From: Hemiscyllium ocellatum
Taxonomy: Eukaryota
Length of the DNA: 64,000 nt
Assembly (NCBI RefSeq): GCF_020745735.1
Contig: NW_026867487.1
Location: 3,162,001-3,226,000 of the forward strand
Reading direction: 5' to 3'
The position numbers and the translations under genes are program-made. Shown in pieces: positions 23,273 to 36,397 of this stretch. The notes beneath the pieces are model-generated. The model saw nothing but the letters and a program-made list of their open reading frames with translations, did no database searches and was not told the origin of the DNA. The stretch's first letter is position 1; the number at the start of each line of letters is the position of its first letter.

Positions 23273-24974
23273 GCTTTTGGACCATGGATTGATTCATTTA
23301 TTGGTGCTTTTACGGAGCCTCAGTAAGTTACGATGTGCTTTCAGGAGTTCCATCTCAGACCGAGAGGAAACCAAACTAACCTTGCTTCAAATTGTCATGC
23401 AACTGTTTCCCTGAGCTGCTGAGAAAATCGACAGCAGATTCTGAGCTTGCGCACTGACACAGACAATATTCACGCCAGAATTTCATGTTAAAGTTCAGCT
23501 GTCCCACTAATGCTGGAAAACGCATTTTCTTGCTCTGTACGTGACAATTAACAAACCAGCCATTCATCTCCAATCTTGAAACCTCAAGTTCCTTAACATT
23601 CCCATCAGGATGCATGAACGCAATGCAAAACCAATTTTTGTTGTTCCAAGGCTGGAGGTCAGGAGAGACATCTCCGTGAGCAAACATTCTTTGAGTTTAT
23701 CCACATCAGAATAATTCATCAGTGTATAAAGCGAGCTGCGTGGGGACAACTGTGACTTTGTGTTAGGTCCCTACCTAAGTTAAGAGGCACACCTTCAAGT
23801 CTCACATGCTCTCGATGTTTGTCATGCGAACTTGACAGAACAGACGCAGAAAAGTCACTTTCCCCTTTGCAGAATCTGGAATCAGATGCTAAGAATAATG
23901 CATCACACCTTGAAGTTAGAAATGAGGAAGGAAATCTTCTTTCAGAGGGAATATCTTTCACAGAGTCTGGGTGATAAATCTGTTCACGTGTGAGATAGAC
24001 CTGGAGAGGCTAGATGGTCTGAGACTGTACTCTGTGGAAATTGCAAGTCTGATCTGACCGAAGCAAAACATATAAGTTCCCGAGATGATTTGATTTGGTG
24101 AATCTGTGAATCCACGTGGTGTCCACGTTTGCTTCAGTAAACGTACTCACTTTTTAAAATCCCAAATTGACCCCTCTGTGATCTTTACACTGGCTATCAC
24201 TAATCCCCACACTTACCTTGCATGATGCTGCTGCCACATTGGTTGCTGCGGTGTGCTGATGTTCTCCCACTGAGTTCATGCTCTTAATGATTTTCATTGT
24301 GGATATTTGTAGTACCTTCATGCCACTTGCAAAGGGTGACGTTGTATTACTTTGAACACGAATTGAAAGTGCAACCAGAGAGGATTTGACTCTTCAAACT
24401 TCAGTGAAAGTCTTGTAAAAACTTTTCTGTTGTGTAAAACAGACGCACACGTGCTCACACACACATACAGACACACACAACAAACACACTCATGCAAGCA
24501 CTGAGTGTATTTCAACAGAAGATAGGGACTGTAAGATTATTCATATATGCAGTGGATCCTGCCCTCTGAGGCCTCTGTGATTAGTGACTTAGAAGAAAAA
24601 AGCACCCACAACAGCAATGAAGCAAAATGTTTAGATCAATGGAGAATGCTGTGAGCAACTAACAGAGGGTTAGAGAGATAATATTGAACCGGAGGACAGA
24701 GGAGTTGCAGAATAAAGAGGTATCTTGTAAAATTAATATCAGAGATTTTGTTGGATCAGATTGAGGTTGTGTCCTGCGATATGGAAGCTGATTGCAATTT
24801 GAGAGTGGACAGATTTTGAGCTCAAAATTTACATATGTAGGTTGGAAATCTCAGGAGTCGAGAGAAGAACAGCAGAACGACAGAAAAAAAAAGAGAACAA
24901 CAATGTTTCTTTTCTGATTTCAATAATCTATTTTGTTCACAAGAAAAATAGATCTCTTTTTTATGTAGGCATTG

Positions 24975-25755
24975 ACAGAGTCAGAACACGTGGTTCTGGA
25001 AAAGTCCAGCAGGTCAGGCAACATCATAGGAGCAGGAGAAGCGACGTTTTGGGCATATGTCATTTATCATGTTTGGAGGGAAGAGGAAGGAAGCTGAGAG
25101 ATAATAGGATAATGAGTGGGTTGAGGGGAGGTAGCAGGAAAGGTGGTAGGCGGATGCAAATGGTGGTTGATTGTGATACTCGGTTGGGTGGGTCGGTGCG
25201 AAGGAAGATGGACAAGTGGCACAGGTCAAGAGGGCGGTGCCGAGTTGGAAGTTTAGAACTGGGGTGAGATGGGAGGAGGGGAAATCTAGAAACTAGTGAA
25301 GTCGAAGTTAATGTCGTATGTTTGAGTGGTCCTAAGGCGGAGGATAAGACGTTCTTTCTCCAGTCATCAGGTGGATTGAATTGATTGAATTTATTGCCAC
25401 GTGTCCTGAGGCACAGTGAAAATCTTTGTGGGATTTGGCAGTGAGGAGGCCAAGGGCTTGTATCTCCTTGGTGGAGTGGGCGAAGTAGTTGAAGTGTTCG
25501 GCCACAGGGTTGTAGGTATGTTGGGTGCGTGTGTCCCAGAGATATTCCCTGAAATGTTCAGAGAGTTGGTGCCATGTCTCTCCGATATGGAGGAGATCGC
25601 ATCGAGAGCAACAGACACTGCAGGTGAGGTGGATGGATGTGCAGGTAAATGTCTGTGGAGGTGAAAAGATCCGGATGGTACCTGACCTACAGTGCCCTTC
25701 CAGCGCCACAGTTTTCGATTCTGACCCTGCAGCATCTGCAGTCCTCGCTTTCTCT
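24975..25755 (-). mobile_element. Penelope-like (Neptune-type) 3' fragment with pLTR
   Basis: FTCTSIHLTCSVCCSRCDLLHIGET...PVAEHFN GIY-YIG remnant (25332-25709), bracketed by the pLTR sequence that also occurs as short repeats. Confidence 0.8.
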
Positions 25756-25789
25756 CGACTTACGTTGAAACGAAAGTAGTTTGCGTCTG

Positions 25790-28235
25790 TGCAGGTAGCA
25801 TATCAATAAATACACAAAACATCGGAGTTTGGCTATCCACAAAACCAAATATCTCTCTTACTCACTAGGAGGATCAGATAACTGAACAGGATCCCATTTT
25901 TCTTCAGCAGGAAGACCTCACAGCGTGGTCTTTCCCCACTGCTCCTGGGCAGCAGTTGCCCCAGGGTTTAGGACATCCCTCGGCACGTGTCCTGCTCGTT
26001 GGGATGTGCCAGTCTGCAACACTCGGTCAGGGTCAAATCCTTGTTCTGGAAGACCAACACAATTCGGGCAGACCAAAGAGCATCATTCACTGAGTTGATG
26101 CTGCAGCAGGCGCCAATAATGTTTGTCTTGGTGCACATCCCAGGAAACCCAATGTAGAGCGCAGAGCCCTGTGGTATGGAGCTGCTCAGGAAGTAACTCG
26201 ACATCAAGTATTGCATCTTCCAGCGGCCTTCTCGTGCAAAGGCACATTCCATTGGGAGATATATGACAGATGCAACCCCTCTGCAACCACTTCAGCATGC
26301 GCTGGTGCAGGCTGACCAGGTATGCATGAAGGATACCACAGGTCGTGACCTTCTTGGCACCAGCCAAGCGATGTCTTAGTGCTTTTTGGAAAGTACTGGT
26401 GACGAAACAGTCAGTCAAATAGTTTTCACAGTCTGCTCAGGGAAAAAACACAACATGATCCATTCTCTCCTTTTCCAACAGGGTCTCGAGGATGCTCCAT
26501 GCTGACCACTTTCTGATGAACAGGAGATGAAACATGTTTTCCTTTGTAAACGTCCGTACACAGGACAGGGGAGAATGAGTGGACCAAGTACTTGGAGTGT
26601 TCCACGGTTTCATCCTTCTTAACACGGGAGACAGTAGAATCTCAGTATATGGTGACATTTGGTGTTTCAGTGATGAGGGTCTATGCAAAGCTTAGTGCAG
26701 CCATACACAAAGGTAGCCATCAGGATGAGGGGAACATTGGGTACGTTCTTCGTCCCATATTCAGAGATTTTTTATATGCATTCCTTGCAGACTCCATCTA
26801 CCTTAGGCCTCTGGATGAAAGGTGTCTCTGGTGAGTGGAACAGGACAGTTTTGGGGGACAGGTCTGACCTGTCCTGTCTACAGTAGTCGGGAGAGTGTCT
26901 CACACCTGATGATCAGTTTTACCCACAATAGAGAGGAAGCGGTGATCCCAAAAGGCCACTTTCTACTTTACTTTGGTGATGCCCTCCCCACAAGAGTTTG
27001 TGCACGGCTCGGCTCCTCTGAACCATACTCCCAGCACCTCCAGGTAGCCTGTCCTGACGGTAAATGCAATTAAGTTGTAGTCGGCCAAGTTTCCAAAAAC
27101 ATGACCTCGCTCTTGCTTCAATTTACCTTGCCTCCTAAGGCCAGTTTGACCTGGTCGCAGCTGCTCACGAGTTGGTGTATTGACAGCGAGAATCTGAGTA
27201 GAAAATAGCGACGTCATTCATGTACAAGGTGGCTTTGACCTGCAGGCATCTGCTGCCTGGACTAGTCACTCCCCTTCATGCGTGCATCGTTCCTGATGGG
27301 TTCAGCAATGTGCTCTACATTACGCACAAACAAGGCAAGAGACACTGGGCAGAAAATGTGTTGCTGGAAAAGCGCAGCAAGTCAGGCAGCATCCAAGGAA
27401 CAGGAGATTTGACGTTTCGGGCATAAGCCCTTCTTCAGGAATTCCTGAAGAAGGGCTTATGCCCGAAACGTCGAACCTCCTGCTCCTTGGATGCTGCCTG
27501 ACCTGTTGCGCTTTTCCAGCAACATATTTTCAGCTCTGATCTCCAGCATCTGCAGACCTCACTTTCTCCCCTAAGAGACACTGGGCAGCCCTGCCTGACT
27601 GCGAATCTGATCAGGAACCTTTCAGATTCTGACCCATTGATTGAGACTGCTCTAACAATGTTGGTGTAGAGTATTTGGATTCAACCACAAATTCCCCTCC
27701 TCAGTTTGGAGAGCATGTTCACCCGTACGTGTGCAATATCGTGTCAACGGCCTTCTCCTGCTCCAGGCTGATGAAGCAGGCGTCCATGCACCTATCCTGC
27801 ACGCATCCAGAGGAGCAAGAGACTCTCAGAGATTGTCTGTGTTACAGTTTGTTCGGAGTGAATCGTCAAACCCAGAGCAGAGCTGACAAGATTGGCGATG
27901 ACTTTAGGCAGGATTTTGTAGTCTGCATTCAGCAATGATATTGGTTTCCAATCTCTAACTTAGTCCCACTCCCCCTTCCGTTTGTAGATGAGAATGTTGA
28001 TGGAGCCGCTAATGAAACCTGCCTCGTACCTCTTGCACAGCTCCAGCAGGTCCTGACCAATCAGGTCACACAGCGCTGAATACAACTCGGCCAGTATACT
28101 GGCGCTTCCAGGACGTTTATTCTTTCCTAAGGACTAAAGAGCCTTGGTAATATCATCCAGAATTAACTACAGCTCCAGTCTGTCCAACGTGCTTTGTACC
28201 AGACCTCATGATAGAGGACAAGAACAACTGGGAGA
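25790..28235 (-). mobile_element. Decayed Tx1/Keno-like non-LTR retrotransposon ORF2 (RT to C-terminus)
   Basis: Minus strand LIYKRKG..DWKPISLLNADYKIL near 27.9-28.0 kb; C-terminal INSVNDALWSARIVLVFQNKDLTLTECCRLAH at 25968-26252. Confidence 0.8.
27353..27572. mobile_element. Palindromic PLE-pLTR mini-element with 16-bp TSD
   Basis: Inverted arms centred on AGGAA|TTCCT at 27441/27442; TSD aagagacactgggcag at 27337-27352 and 27573-27588. Confidence 0.85.
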
Positions 28236-28539
28236 AAGAAAACAACAAAAAACAAGTGTCTTTAGAGTAAAAGGCACAATGAAAGTGTGAAGTTGCTAAT
28301 CATGAATGAAATTAATGGAATTCTCGACTCTTCTTGTTAAGTGCAGATCCAGATGTATAATTCACAGAGAAGCTGCTCTCCTCCACCCACACGAATATCA
28401 TATCCCCTCCCCCCCCCCCACCCCCACAGAGCAGTGAGGTGGGAATCTCCGGAGACACGTCAGCAGTTTACCGAGGGCAGGTTAACAGAATGGGTGTCTT
28501 CAAATAGCCGACTGCAGTCTGACACAGAAGACAGTGACA

Positions 28540-28992
28540 ATGCGGCTAGTCAGCATTTGGGTTGTGTGGAGCACAATTCTAGCAGGTAAATGTGGAGGAA
28601 ATGGAAGATATACTTCTTATTTAAAACACAATTTAAAACCAGCCGAACCTAACACCTTACAATTGATATCTGCTTTCTCTTTCAGATCCGAGCCATGGAA
28701 ATTCTGTCACTCAGTCACTGGCCTCAGCTGTTTGGGCAGAAGGAGAGTTGGTGACTCTAAGCTGTACCTATGATACTACATGGAGCAACTATTGGTTACA
28801 CTGGTACCGTCGGCAGCTGGATACACAGCCCGAGTATATACTGTTGAAATCGAATGCTGGCTTTGATCATAAAGCAGACTTTGCGAAAAATCGCTTCTTA
28901 GGAGAACTTCAGACCTCGAATAAATTCACCAGTTTGACTATCAATGGGCTGGAACTGGCTGACTCTGCCGTGTATTACTGTGCTCTGAGTGA
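28540..28992 (+). CDS. TCR delta/alpha V segment C (leader 28540-28585, V exon 28686-28992)
   Basis: MRLVSIWVVWSTILA|gtaaat...ttcag|DPSHGNSVTQSLASAVWAEGELVTLSCTYDTTWSNYWLHWYRRQLDTQPEYILLKSNAGFDHKADFAKNRFLGELQTSNKFTSLTINGLELADSAVYYCALSD. Confidence 0.93.
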
Positions 28993-29031
28993 CACGGTGA
29001 TAATAAACAGGCTCTCCACTGTACAAAAACT
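28993..29031 (+). promoter_or_regulatory. 23-RSS of V-C
   Basis: CACGGTG + 23 nt + ACAAAAACT. Confidence 0.92.
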
Positions 29032-29504
29032 GCCTTTGGACCACAGATAGTTCCATATATTGGGGGTTTCTCGGTTTGCTGGAAAGTTATTATGTGCTTT
29101 CAGGAGTCTAAACAAACACCGAGAGAAAACCAAACCAACCTTGCAACAAACTGTCATCAAAATCTTTCCCTAAGCTGCTTGAGAGAAAATAAACTGTGAA
29201 CTCTGAGCTTGCGCACAGACACAGAGGAGAATGATGTATGATCCCACCGGTTGTACTCCCCACCACCAAACAATTTGCTGTCCTGTGATTTGTTGTTCAT
29301 GAACTGAGAGACAGCACGGAGTTTTACATCCTCAACGTCCACACACGCATGCAGGGACACCACAGCAGTTAACTGAGTTAAAACAAAACGGATAAAATTA
29401 TGGATGCTGGAAATCAGAACATTATCCTGAATATAACCCACAGAAATCAATTGCCCACTTGAGATTCGTAGGGGCTACAGATGTGCAGTGATATTGCCAG
29501 TTTT

Positions 29505-29705
29505 TGGAGCTAGTGAGGACTGCAGTTGCTGGAGATCAGAGGCTAGAATGTGGTGATGGAAAAGCATAGCAGGTCACGCAGCATCCGAGAAACAGGAGAA
29601 TCGACGTTTTAAGATGAAGGGCTTATGCCCAAAACGTCGATTCTCCTGCTCCTCGGATGCTGCCTGAACTGCTGGACGTTTCCAGCACCACACTCTCGAC
29701 TACTG
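29505..29705. mobile_element. Older collapsed palindromic PLE-pLTR mini-element (duplicate at ~56530-56730)
   Basis: ggagaatcgacgtttt...gaagggcttatgcccaaaacgtcgattctcc inverted arms. Confidence 0.75.
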
Positions 29706-30533
29706 TCACTTTGTGTCAAGTAGATCCCATTTTTCGCCTCACCTGGTCTAGTTGTAGGTAAAACATCTCTGAACAAGTTGTGTAGAAAATTGATATCTTC
29801 TCACAGATTCAGATTTATGTAATAATTGGTATAGATCAGACCAGATCCAATCAAAGTATTTTAATAAGCTCGTCCAGACTCTATTTGTATCAGTATTAAA
29901 GACAGATGTAACGTGTTGTGTTTCAGATGCAACTCAACTGGATCAACTACTCGACATTAAGCAAAAGACAATTTGTTCGAACACTACAATTAAAATGCAT
30001 TAAAGAAAGAGGAGATTAGAATAACTTACCTCTACTGGATAATTCATCTGAACTATCGATGCATCGACAATTACTCTTATAGTTTCAATTTAATAAAATA
30101 CCATAAAGCAAATTCAGAGAAAAAAGTCTCACATGCAGTTCTACAATCCAGGAGGGAATAAAAGGGAAAACTTAGAGAGAGTAGCAGCCAGGAGGCGTTT
30201 CTGCTGCTTTCAACTGTGGTGTGCCCCCAGCGACTTCTGATACCGTGGAATAGCCAAAATCCAATAATCCGGATCCTCTTGAGCTTGTCATAATCATTCA
30301 TGCTGTTAACCGGCCCCCACAGGACTTCCCCAGATGTTTACTCAAGTAATCTTCACTGGACATCTCTGCACCTCTGCTTAAATGTTTCTCTGAAAAAGAA
30401 ACCAGGACAAAACAACATCTTAAAGCCACAGCATCGTCTGAAGTTCAATAATGAACGTGGGACCTCCAAAAAATTCATTTGTGTTCGCGTGTTGCTACTG
30501 GGCAGCTGTTGGTATAGCTCCTATCTCCACTGG

Positions 30534-31625
30534 GGTTTCTGTACTTGCGGCTGATTGGGTTGTATAGAAGGGGTACTCAGCAGCACATTCTCTCCCAATG
30601 TCTCTGATGGTCAAAGTGCTGTATTTTCATTTCAGGTAAGAATGACCCGAATCCTCCTTGCTCTGAATACGCTGCCAAAATATGCCCTGTCTGTGACACC
30701 AACGGAACCATTGCAGAAATCTGAGCAAGGTATCGGTACAGCAGTTATTTCGAGGCTTCCAGAGGCAGAATGATTAGATTCACTACTGTGTGGAAACAGT
30801 CCGTTTAGCCCAACAAGTCCAGACCAATCTCCGAAGAGTAACCCATTCCCCTCTGAATGATGCACCTAACACTATCCGCAGTTTAGCATGGCCAAATCAC
30901 CTGACCTGTACATCTTTGGAATGTGTGGGACGAAACGGTGGCTCATTGGTTGGCACTGCTGCCTCACAGAGCCAGGGACCCTGTTTCGATTCCTGGCTCG
31001 GGCAACTGTCTTTGTGGAGTTTGCACATTCTCCCCGTGTTTGTGTCGGTTTTCTCCGGGTGCTCCACTTTCCTCTCAAAGTCCAAAGATGTGCAGGTCAG
31101 GTGAATTGGCCATGCTAAACTACCCGTAGTGGTAGGTGGATTTTTCAGGGGTAAATGTAGGGGAATGGGTAGGTTGTTCTTCGGAGGGTCGGTGTGGACA
31201 TTTTCGGCCAAAGGGCCTGTTTCCACACATAGGTAATCTAATCTAAAACTGTCCTTTCAAGTGGCTGTATCATTTGGCGGGGAGATAGGTGGCGAAAGTA
31301 GAATATTGATCCAGAGTCACTGATGAAAGGGTGATGCATTTCCAATTCTCGATTCTTCTGAGTGACTTGGAGGAGATATTGCAAGATTTATTTCCGCGCT
31401 TATTCTTACAGGTGGAAATAATGGCTCGTTTTGTCGGTGCTGCTGATTTACTTTTGCTTACCACTTTTCTCAATAATTAACAGTAGCTTTCAAAACTCAG
31501 TCACAATAATATAATCTCCAAATCAAGATTTTTGTAGTTCCCACGAAGATAAAGGACGTGATTCAGACGTGATTGCATTCATCTTGAGTAAAATCAATGT
31601 TAATTACAACTCCAGATTAATGTCC
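30534..31625 (-). pseudogene. Inverted TRAV-like pseudogene, SINE-interrupted
   Basis: Minus strand CTDTLLRFLQWFRWCHRQG...YLK*KYSTLTIRDIGRE; YxC and heptamer deleted but nonamer ACAGAAACC kept (30534-30542); leader remnant 31565-31625 with ATG->ATT and lost donor. Confidence 0.8.
30772..31247. mobile_element. Inverted pair of HE1 SINEs
   Basis: Minus-strand tail half ~30772-30927 abutting a plus-strand HE1 ~30936-31245. Confidence 0.8.
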
Positions 31626-33234
31626 TATTGATGGATGTCCAAAACCAAAAGAAACACCAATTCCCCTTTTTATGGTTCACATCAGGAGACAGCAGGGAAT
31701 GCTGTTGTGATATTTCCAACTACACACAGCAATCAGTAGCCAACGAACTGATGCATCATCGCTTCCCATCTATGCATTTAGTTGCAAGTGCTAAAGTGTA
31801 TGGATCATACGTCTGCATGAAAGTTTTGTTGTGCATATTTGTTTGAGTTCTTTAGAAATGTGTTTCGATATGCTGTACTATATATTGTTCGCTCTGTCTT
31901 AATGTTTGTTGAGAAAATGTTCAAAATATCAGAAACGTTCATCTGGACAGTTCTCTCATGGATCTAATGTTTGCACAGAAGCAACTGGCTGTTGCTTTGT
32001 GGCATATGTTGGCTGCAGGGATGATAATGAATGAATTGATCAAAAATATCATTCTGTGTTTCGCGCCCTTTTGTTCAACGCAAAGCAACGTTGACCCTTC
32101 CAGGTGCATGTCCAGGAGTGCACAAAAGAATGTTCAAACTGTGCAGAAACTTAATCAGAAGGGGGAACAGCAACACACAGCACCATTCTAACTGACAGCA
32201 TCATCAACTCACAGCCTCTGGTACTCTTCATTCGCCTGTCTAACCGACATTCATAAATTCACTGGCGATATTCTAATGATTTCTTTTTTTCCTTTACTAC
32301 CCTATGTTCATCCGCCTGTCATTCTGAACAGCCCCTTCCAAATCTCACATGCCAGTTTCCCAGCAGAACAATTCCCAGTTTATTAAGAAATTCTGTTTAT
32401 TCAGAGTGAATTTCTGTATTCGAAATAGTTTGTACACAATGGGTAGACTTTAAAATGTAGTGTTTGTCTGATTCTTAAAACAAACTCAAACTTAGATTCT
32501 CTTCAAGATCGTGTTGTATTTTATGTGTTTCCAAATGCTGGAAGTCCTGTTTAATTTCCCAATTTGTTCATGACAATTAGCAGACCCAGACATTCATCTC
32601 CACTCCTGCACTCTAAAATGTGGAATTACAACCCCACTAATTTAACAGAAAAATACTTTGTGTTGTTACACGGCTGAAGGTCTGAAGGGGAATGAATGTG
32701 TGTAAACATCCTTTGTGTTTATCAACATCGGAAGCTTCGTCAGTGCAAAAGCGAGTTGCATAGAAACGGGATGGTGGCATCTTACTCTGATTCTTGAGGA
32801 ACAACTTCAAGTCCCCCATGTTTGAGAGGTATGGACTAAAGACGTAACGCAGACGTGGCAAAGTTGTTTCGTTCTGATGGCGGATGTAGGAGCAGGTGAT
32901 GTAATGTGAGAGGAAGTAATCACACATTGAAGTTCGAGGTGATGAGGAATTTCTTTTCTCAGAGGGAAAAGAATCTGTTGAATGATTTACCACAGAATCT
33001 GGGAGCCAAATATGCTCAAGGCTGAGATAGACATTGAAAGACTACATAGCATGGGCTTGTGTTCTCGGGAGATTCCAAGAGTCAGATGGGTTTGATCAGA
33101 AATAGAAGAGATTCTTACAAGACTTGATTTGAAATTTCTGTAATGCATGCCCTGAACATGCCTGTTTTCTCTATTGTAACTATCTCTGTAATTCCCAAAG
33201 TGATTTCTCTTAAAATTTCACACTGGCTAACTGT

Positions 33235-35662
33235 TATAGAACATAGAACATAGAACATCGGACAATATAGCACAGAACAGGCCCTTCGACCCACGATGTT
33301 GTGCCGAACATTTGTCCTGGCTTTAGCACCTATCCATGTACCTATCCAATTGCTTCTTAAAGGTCACCAATGATTCTGACTCTGCCACTCCCACCGACAG
33401 CGCATTCCATGCCCCCACCCACTGTCTGGGTAAAGAACCTACCCCTGACATTCCCCCCTATACCTTCCACCCTTCACCTTAAATTTATGTCCCCTTGTAA
33501 CACTCTGTTGTACCCGGGGAAAAAGTATCTGACTGTCTACTCTATCTATTCCCCTGATCATCTTATAAACCTCTATCAAGTCACCCCTCATCCTTCGCCG
33601 TTCCAATGAGAAAAGGCCGAGAACTCTCAACCTATCCTCGTACGACCTATTCTCCATTCCAGGCAACATCCTGGTAAATCTCCTCTGCACCCTCTCCAAA
33701 GCTTCCACATCTTTCCTAGAATGAGGCGACCAGAACTGCACACAGTACTCCAAATGTGGCCTTACCAAATGTCTGTACATCTGCAATATCATCTCACGAC
33801 TCTTGAATTCAATCCCTCTGATAATGAATGCTAACACACCATAGGCCTTCTTACAAGCTCTATCCACCTGAGTGGCAACTTTCAAAGAGCTATGAACATA
33901 GACCCCAAGATCCCTCTGCTCCTCCACCTTACTAAGAACCCTATCGTTGACCCTATATTCTGCATTCTTATTTGTCCTTCCAAAATGGGCGACCTCACAC
34001 TTGACAGGATTGATCTCCATTTGTCACTCCTCAGCCCAGCTCTGCATCATATCTAAGACCCTTTGCAGCTGACAACAGTCCTCCTCACTATCCACAACTC
34101 CACCAATCTTCGTATCGTCTGCAAATTTACTGACCCACCCTTCGACTCCCTTTTCCAAGTCATTAATAAATATTACAAACAGCAGAGGACCCATAGCTGA
34201 TCTCTGCGGAACTCCACTTGTAACTGGGCTCCAGCTGAATATTTACCATTTACCATCACTCTCTGACTTCGACCAGTTAGCCAGTTCTCTATCCGACTGG
34301 CCAAATTTCCCACTATCCCATGCCTCCTGACTTTCCGCATAAGCCTACCATGGGGAACCTTATCAAATGCCTTACTAAAATCCATGATTCCTGAAGAAGG
34401 GCTTATGCCCGAAACGTCGATTCTCCTGTTCCATGGATGCTGCCTGACCTGCTGCACTTTTCCAGCAACGTATTTTCAGCTCTGATCTCCAGCATCTGCA
34501 GTCCTCACTTTCTCCCCTAAAATCCATGTACACTATATCCACTGCTCTACCCTCATCCACATGCTTGGTCACATCCTCAAAGAATTCAATAAGACTTGTA
34601 AGGCAAGATTTAACCCTGGCAAATCCGTGCTTGCTGTCCCTAATCAAGCAGTGTCTTTCCAGATACTCATAAATCCTATCCCTCAGTACCCTTTCCATTA
34701 CTTTACGTACCACCGAAGTAAGACTAACTGGCCTGTAATTCCCGGGGTCATTCCTACTCCCCTTTTTGAACAGGGGCACATCATTCGCCACTCTCCAGTC
34801 CCCTGGTACCACCCCCGTTGACAGTGAAGACGAAAAGATCATTGCCAACGGCTCTGCAATTTCCTCTCTTGCTTCCCACATAATCCTAGGATATATCCCG
34901 TCAGGCCCGGGGGACTTGTCTATCCTCAAGTTTTTCAAAATGCCCAACACATCTTCCTTCCTATCAATTTTCTCCTCTAGCTTACTAGTCCGTTTCATAC
35001 TCTCCTCTTCAACAATACGGTCCCTCTCATTTGTAAATACTGAAGAGAAGTGTTCATTCAAGACCTCTTCTATCTCTTCCAACTCAATACACAGTCTCCC
35101 ACTACTATCCTTGATTGGACCTACCCTCGTTCTTGTCATTTTCATGTTTCTCACATACGCATAAAAGGCCTTGATGTTATCCTTGATCCTACTCGCCAAA
35201 GATTTTTCATGTCCTCTCTTAGCTCTCCTAATCCCTTTCTTCAGCTCCCTCCTGGCTATCCTGTGTCCCTCCAACGCTCTGTCTGAACCTTGTTTCCTCA
35301 ACCTTATGGAAGCCTCCTTCTTCCTCTTTCCATGACATTCAACCTCCCTCGTCAACCAAGGTTCCCTCACACGACCATCTTTTTCCTGCCTGACAGATAT
35401 ATACATATCAAGGACATGTCGTATCTGTTCCTTGAAAAAGTTCCACATTTCAACGACATCCTTCCCTGACAACCTATGCTCCCAACTTATGCTCCTCAGA
35501 TCTTGTCTTGCAGCATCGTATTTACCCTTCCCCCAGTTGTAAAACCTACCCTGTTGCACGCACCTATCTCTCTCCATAACCAAGGTGAAAGTCACAGAAT
35601 TGTGGTCACCATCACCAAAATGCTCACCCACTAACAAGCCCATCACTTGTCCCGGTTCGGGA
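33235..35662 (-). mobile_element. CR1 LINE ORF2 fragment
   Basis: ORFs 33439-34020 and 34375-35718: PGPDGIYPR, PGNYRPVSLTSVV, LVRPHLEYCVQFWSP. Confidence 0.9.
34387..34516 (+). mobile_element. Single-arm PLE-pLTR mini-element with 12-bp TSD, absent from duplicate copy 2
   Basis: TSD ctaaaatccatg at 34375-34386 and 34517-34528; begins ATTC-CTGAAGAAGGGCTTATGCCCGAAACGTC. Confidence 0.85.
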
Positions 35663-36397
35663 CCAAGTACACACACAGTAGCCGAACTGAGATAGTTACT
35701 GCAAAATTGTTCAGACACATATTGGGTAATGTGCTGTGAAGTTAGTATGTTCAGTTAGTTAGAAAGCACCCACAGAAGGAATAAGAATGGTTAGACTGAG
35801 CTCAGTGAAGAATGCTGAGCGGGAGTACCAGAAGCACAGATTGGCAATGTTGAGGTTGAGGACAGAGAACAGAGAATAACAACTGAGGAGCAGAATAAAA
35901 GCAAATTTGGCAAAAGTCAGAATGGAGATGATATTGGATAAGACTAAGGTTGGTTTCATTAATGTAGAAGGTGGGATCAGAAGGATTATATTTGAGTGGA
36001 CAATTTGTGGTTCCTCTAGACTTATGTGTATGTTGGAAATTCTGCGTGTAATGACTTCCTTCTCCCACTCCCGCTAACTGAATAAGAATAAACTGGCGTG
36101 AATTTGGAATTAAATCAGTGAAAGAAGAAGAGTATTGAGTGTAACTGGTACAGTGATTATATTATAGATGGAAGTCAATCTTTCAGAATTCTCAGTGTTT
36201 CATTGACTGTGCACAGCTTGGTATGTATCATTTTTCTGAGAGCCTGCTGTCTTCCTTCCGCCCACAGAGCATCACCGCCCACACAGGACGGTGAGGTGGG
36301 TATCAGCAATAACAGGACTATTTCTTCCCATGGGCGGGGTTGATATAATGGGTGTCTTCAAATACCCGACTACCACATTACGCAGAGGACAGCGACA

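Noticed and set aside
25860-25900. U2-like sequence at the 3' end of the minus-strand Tx1
   Set aside because: Only a short, gapped resemblance (ctgttc..ttatctgat); not distinguishable from chance.
27353-27572. CRISPR repeat or intrinsic terminator
   Set aside because: Eukaryotic context, no spacer array, and a TSD plus PLE homology explain the palindrome.
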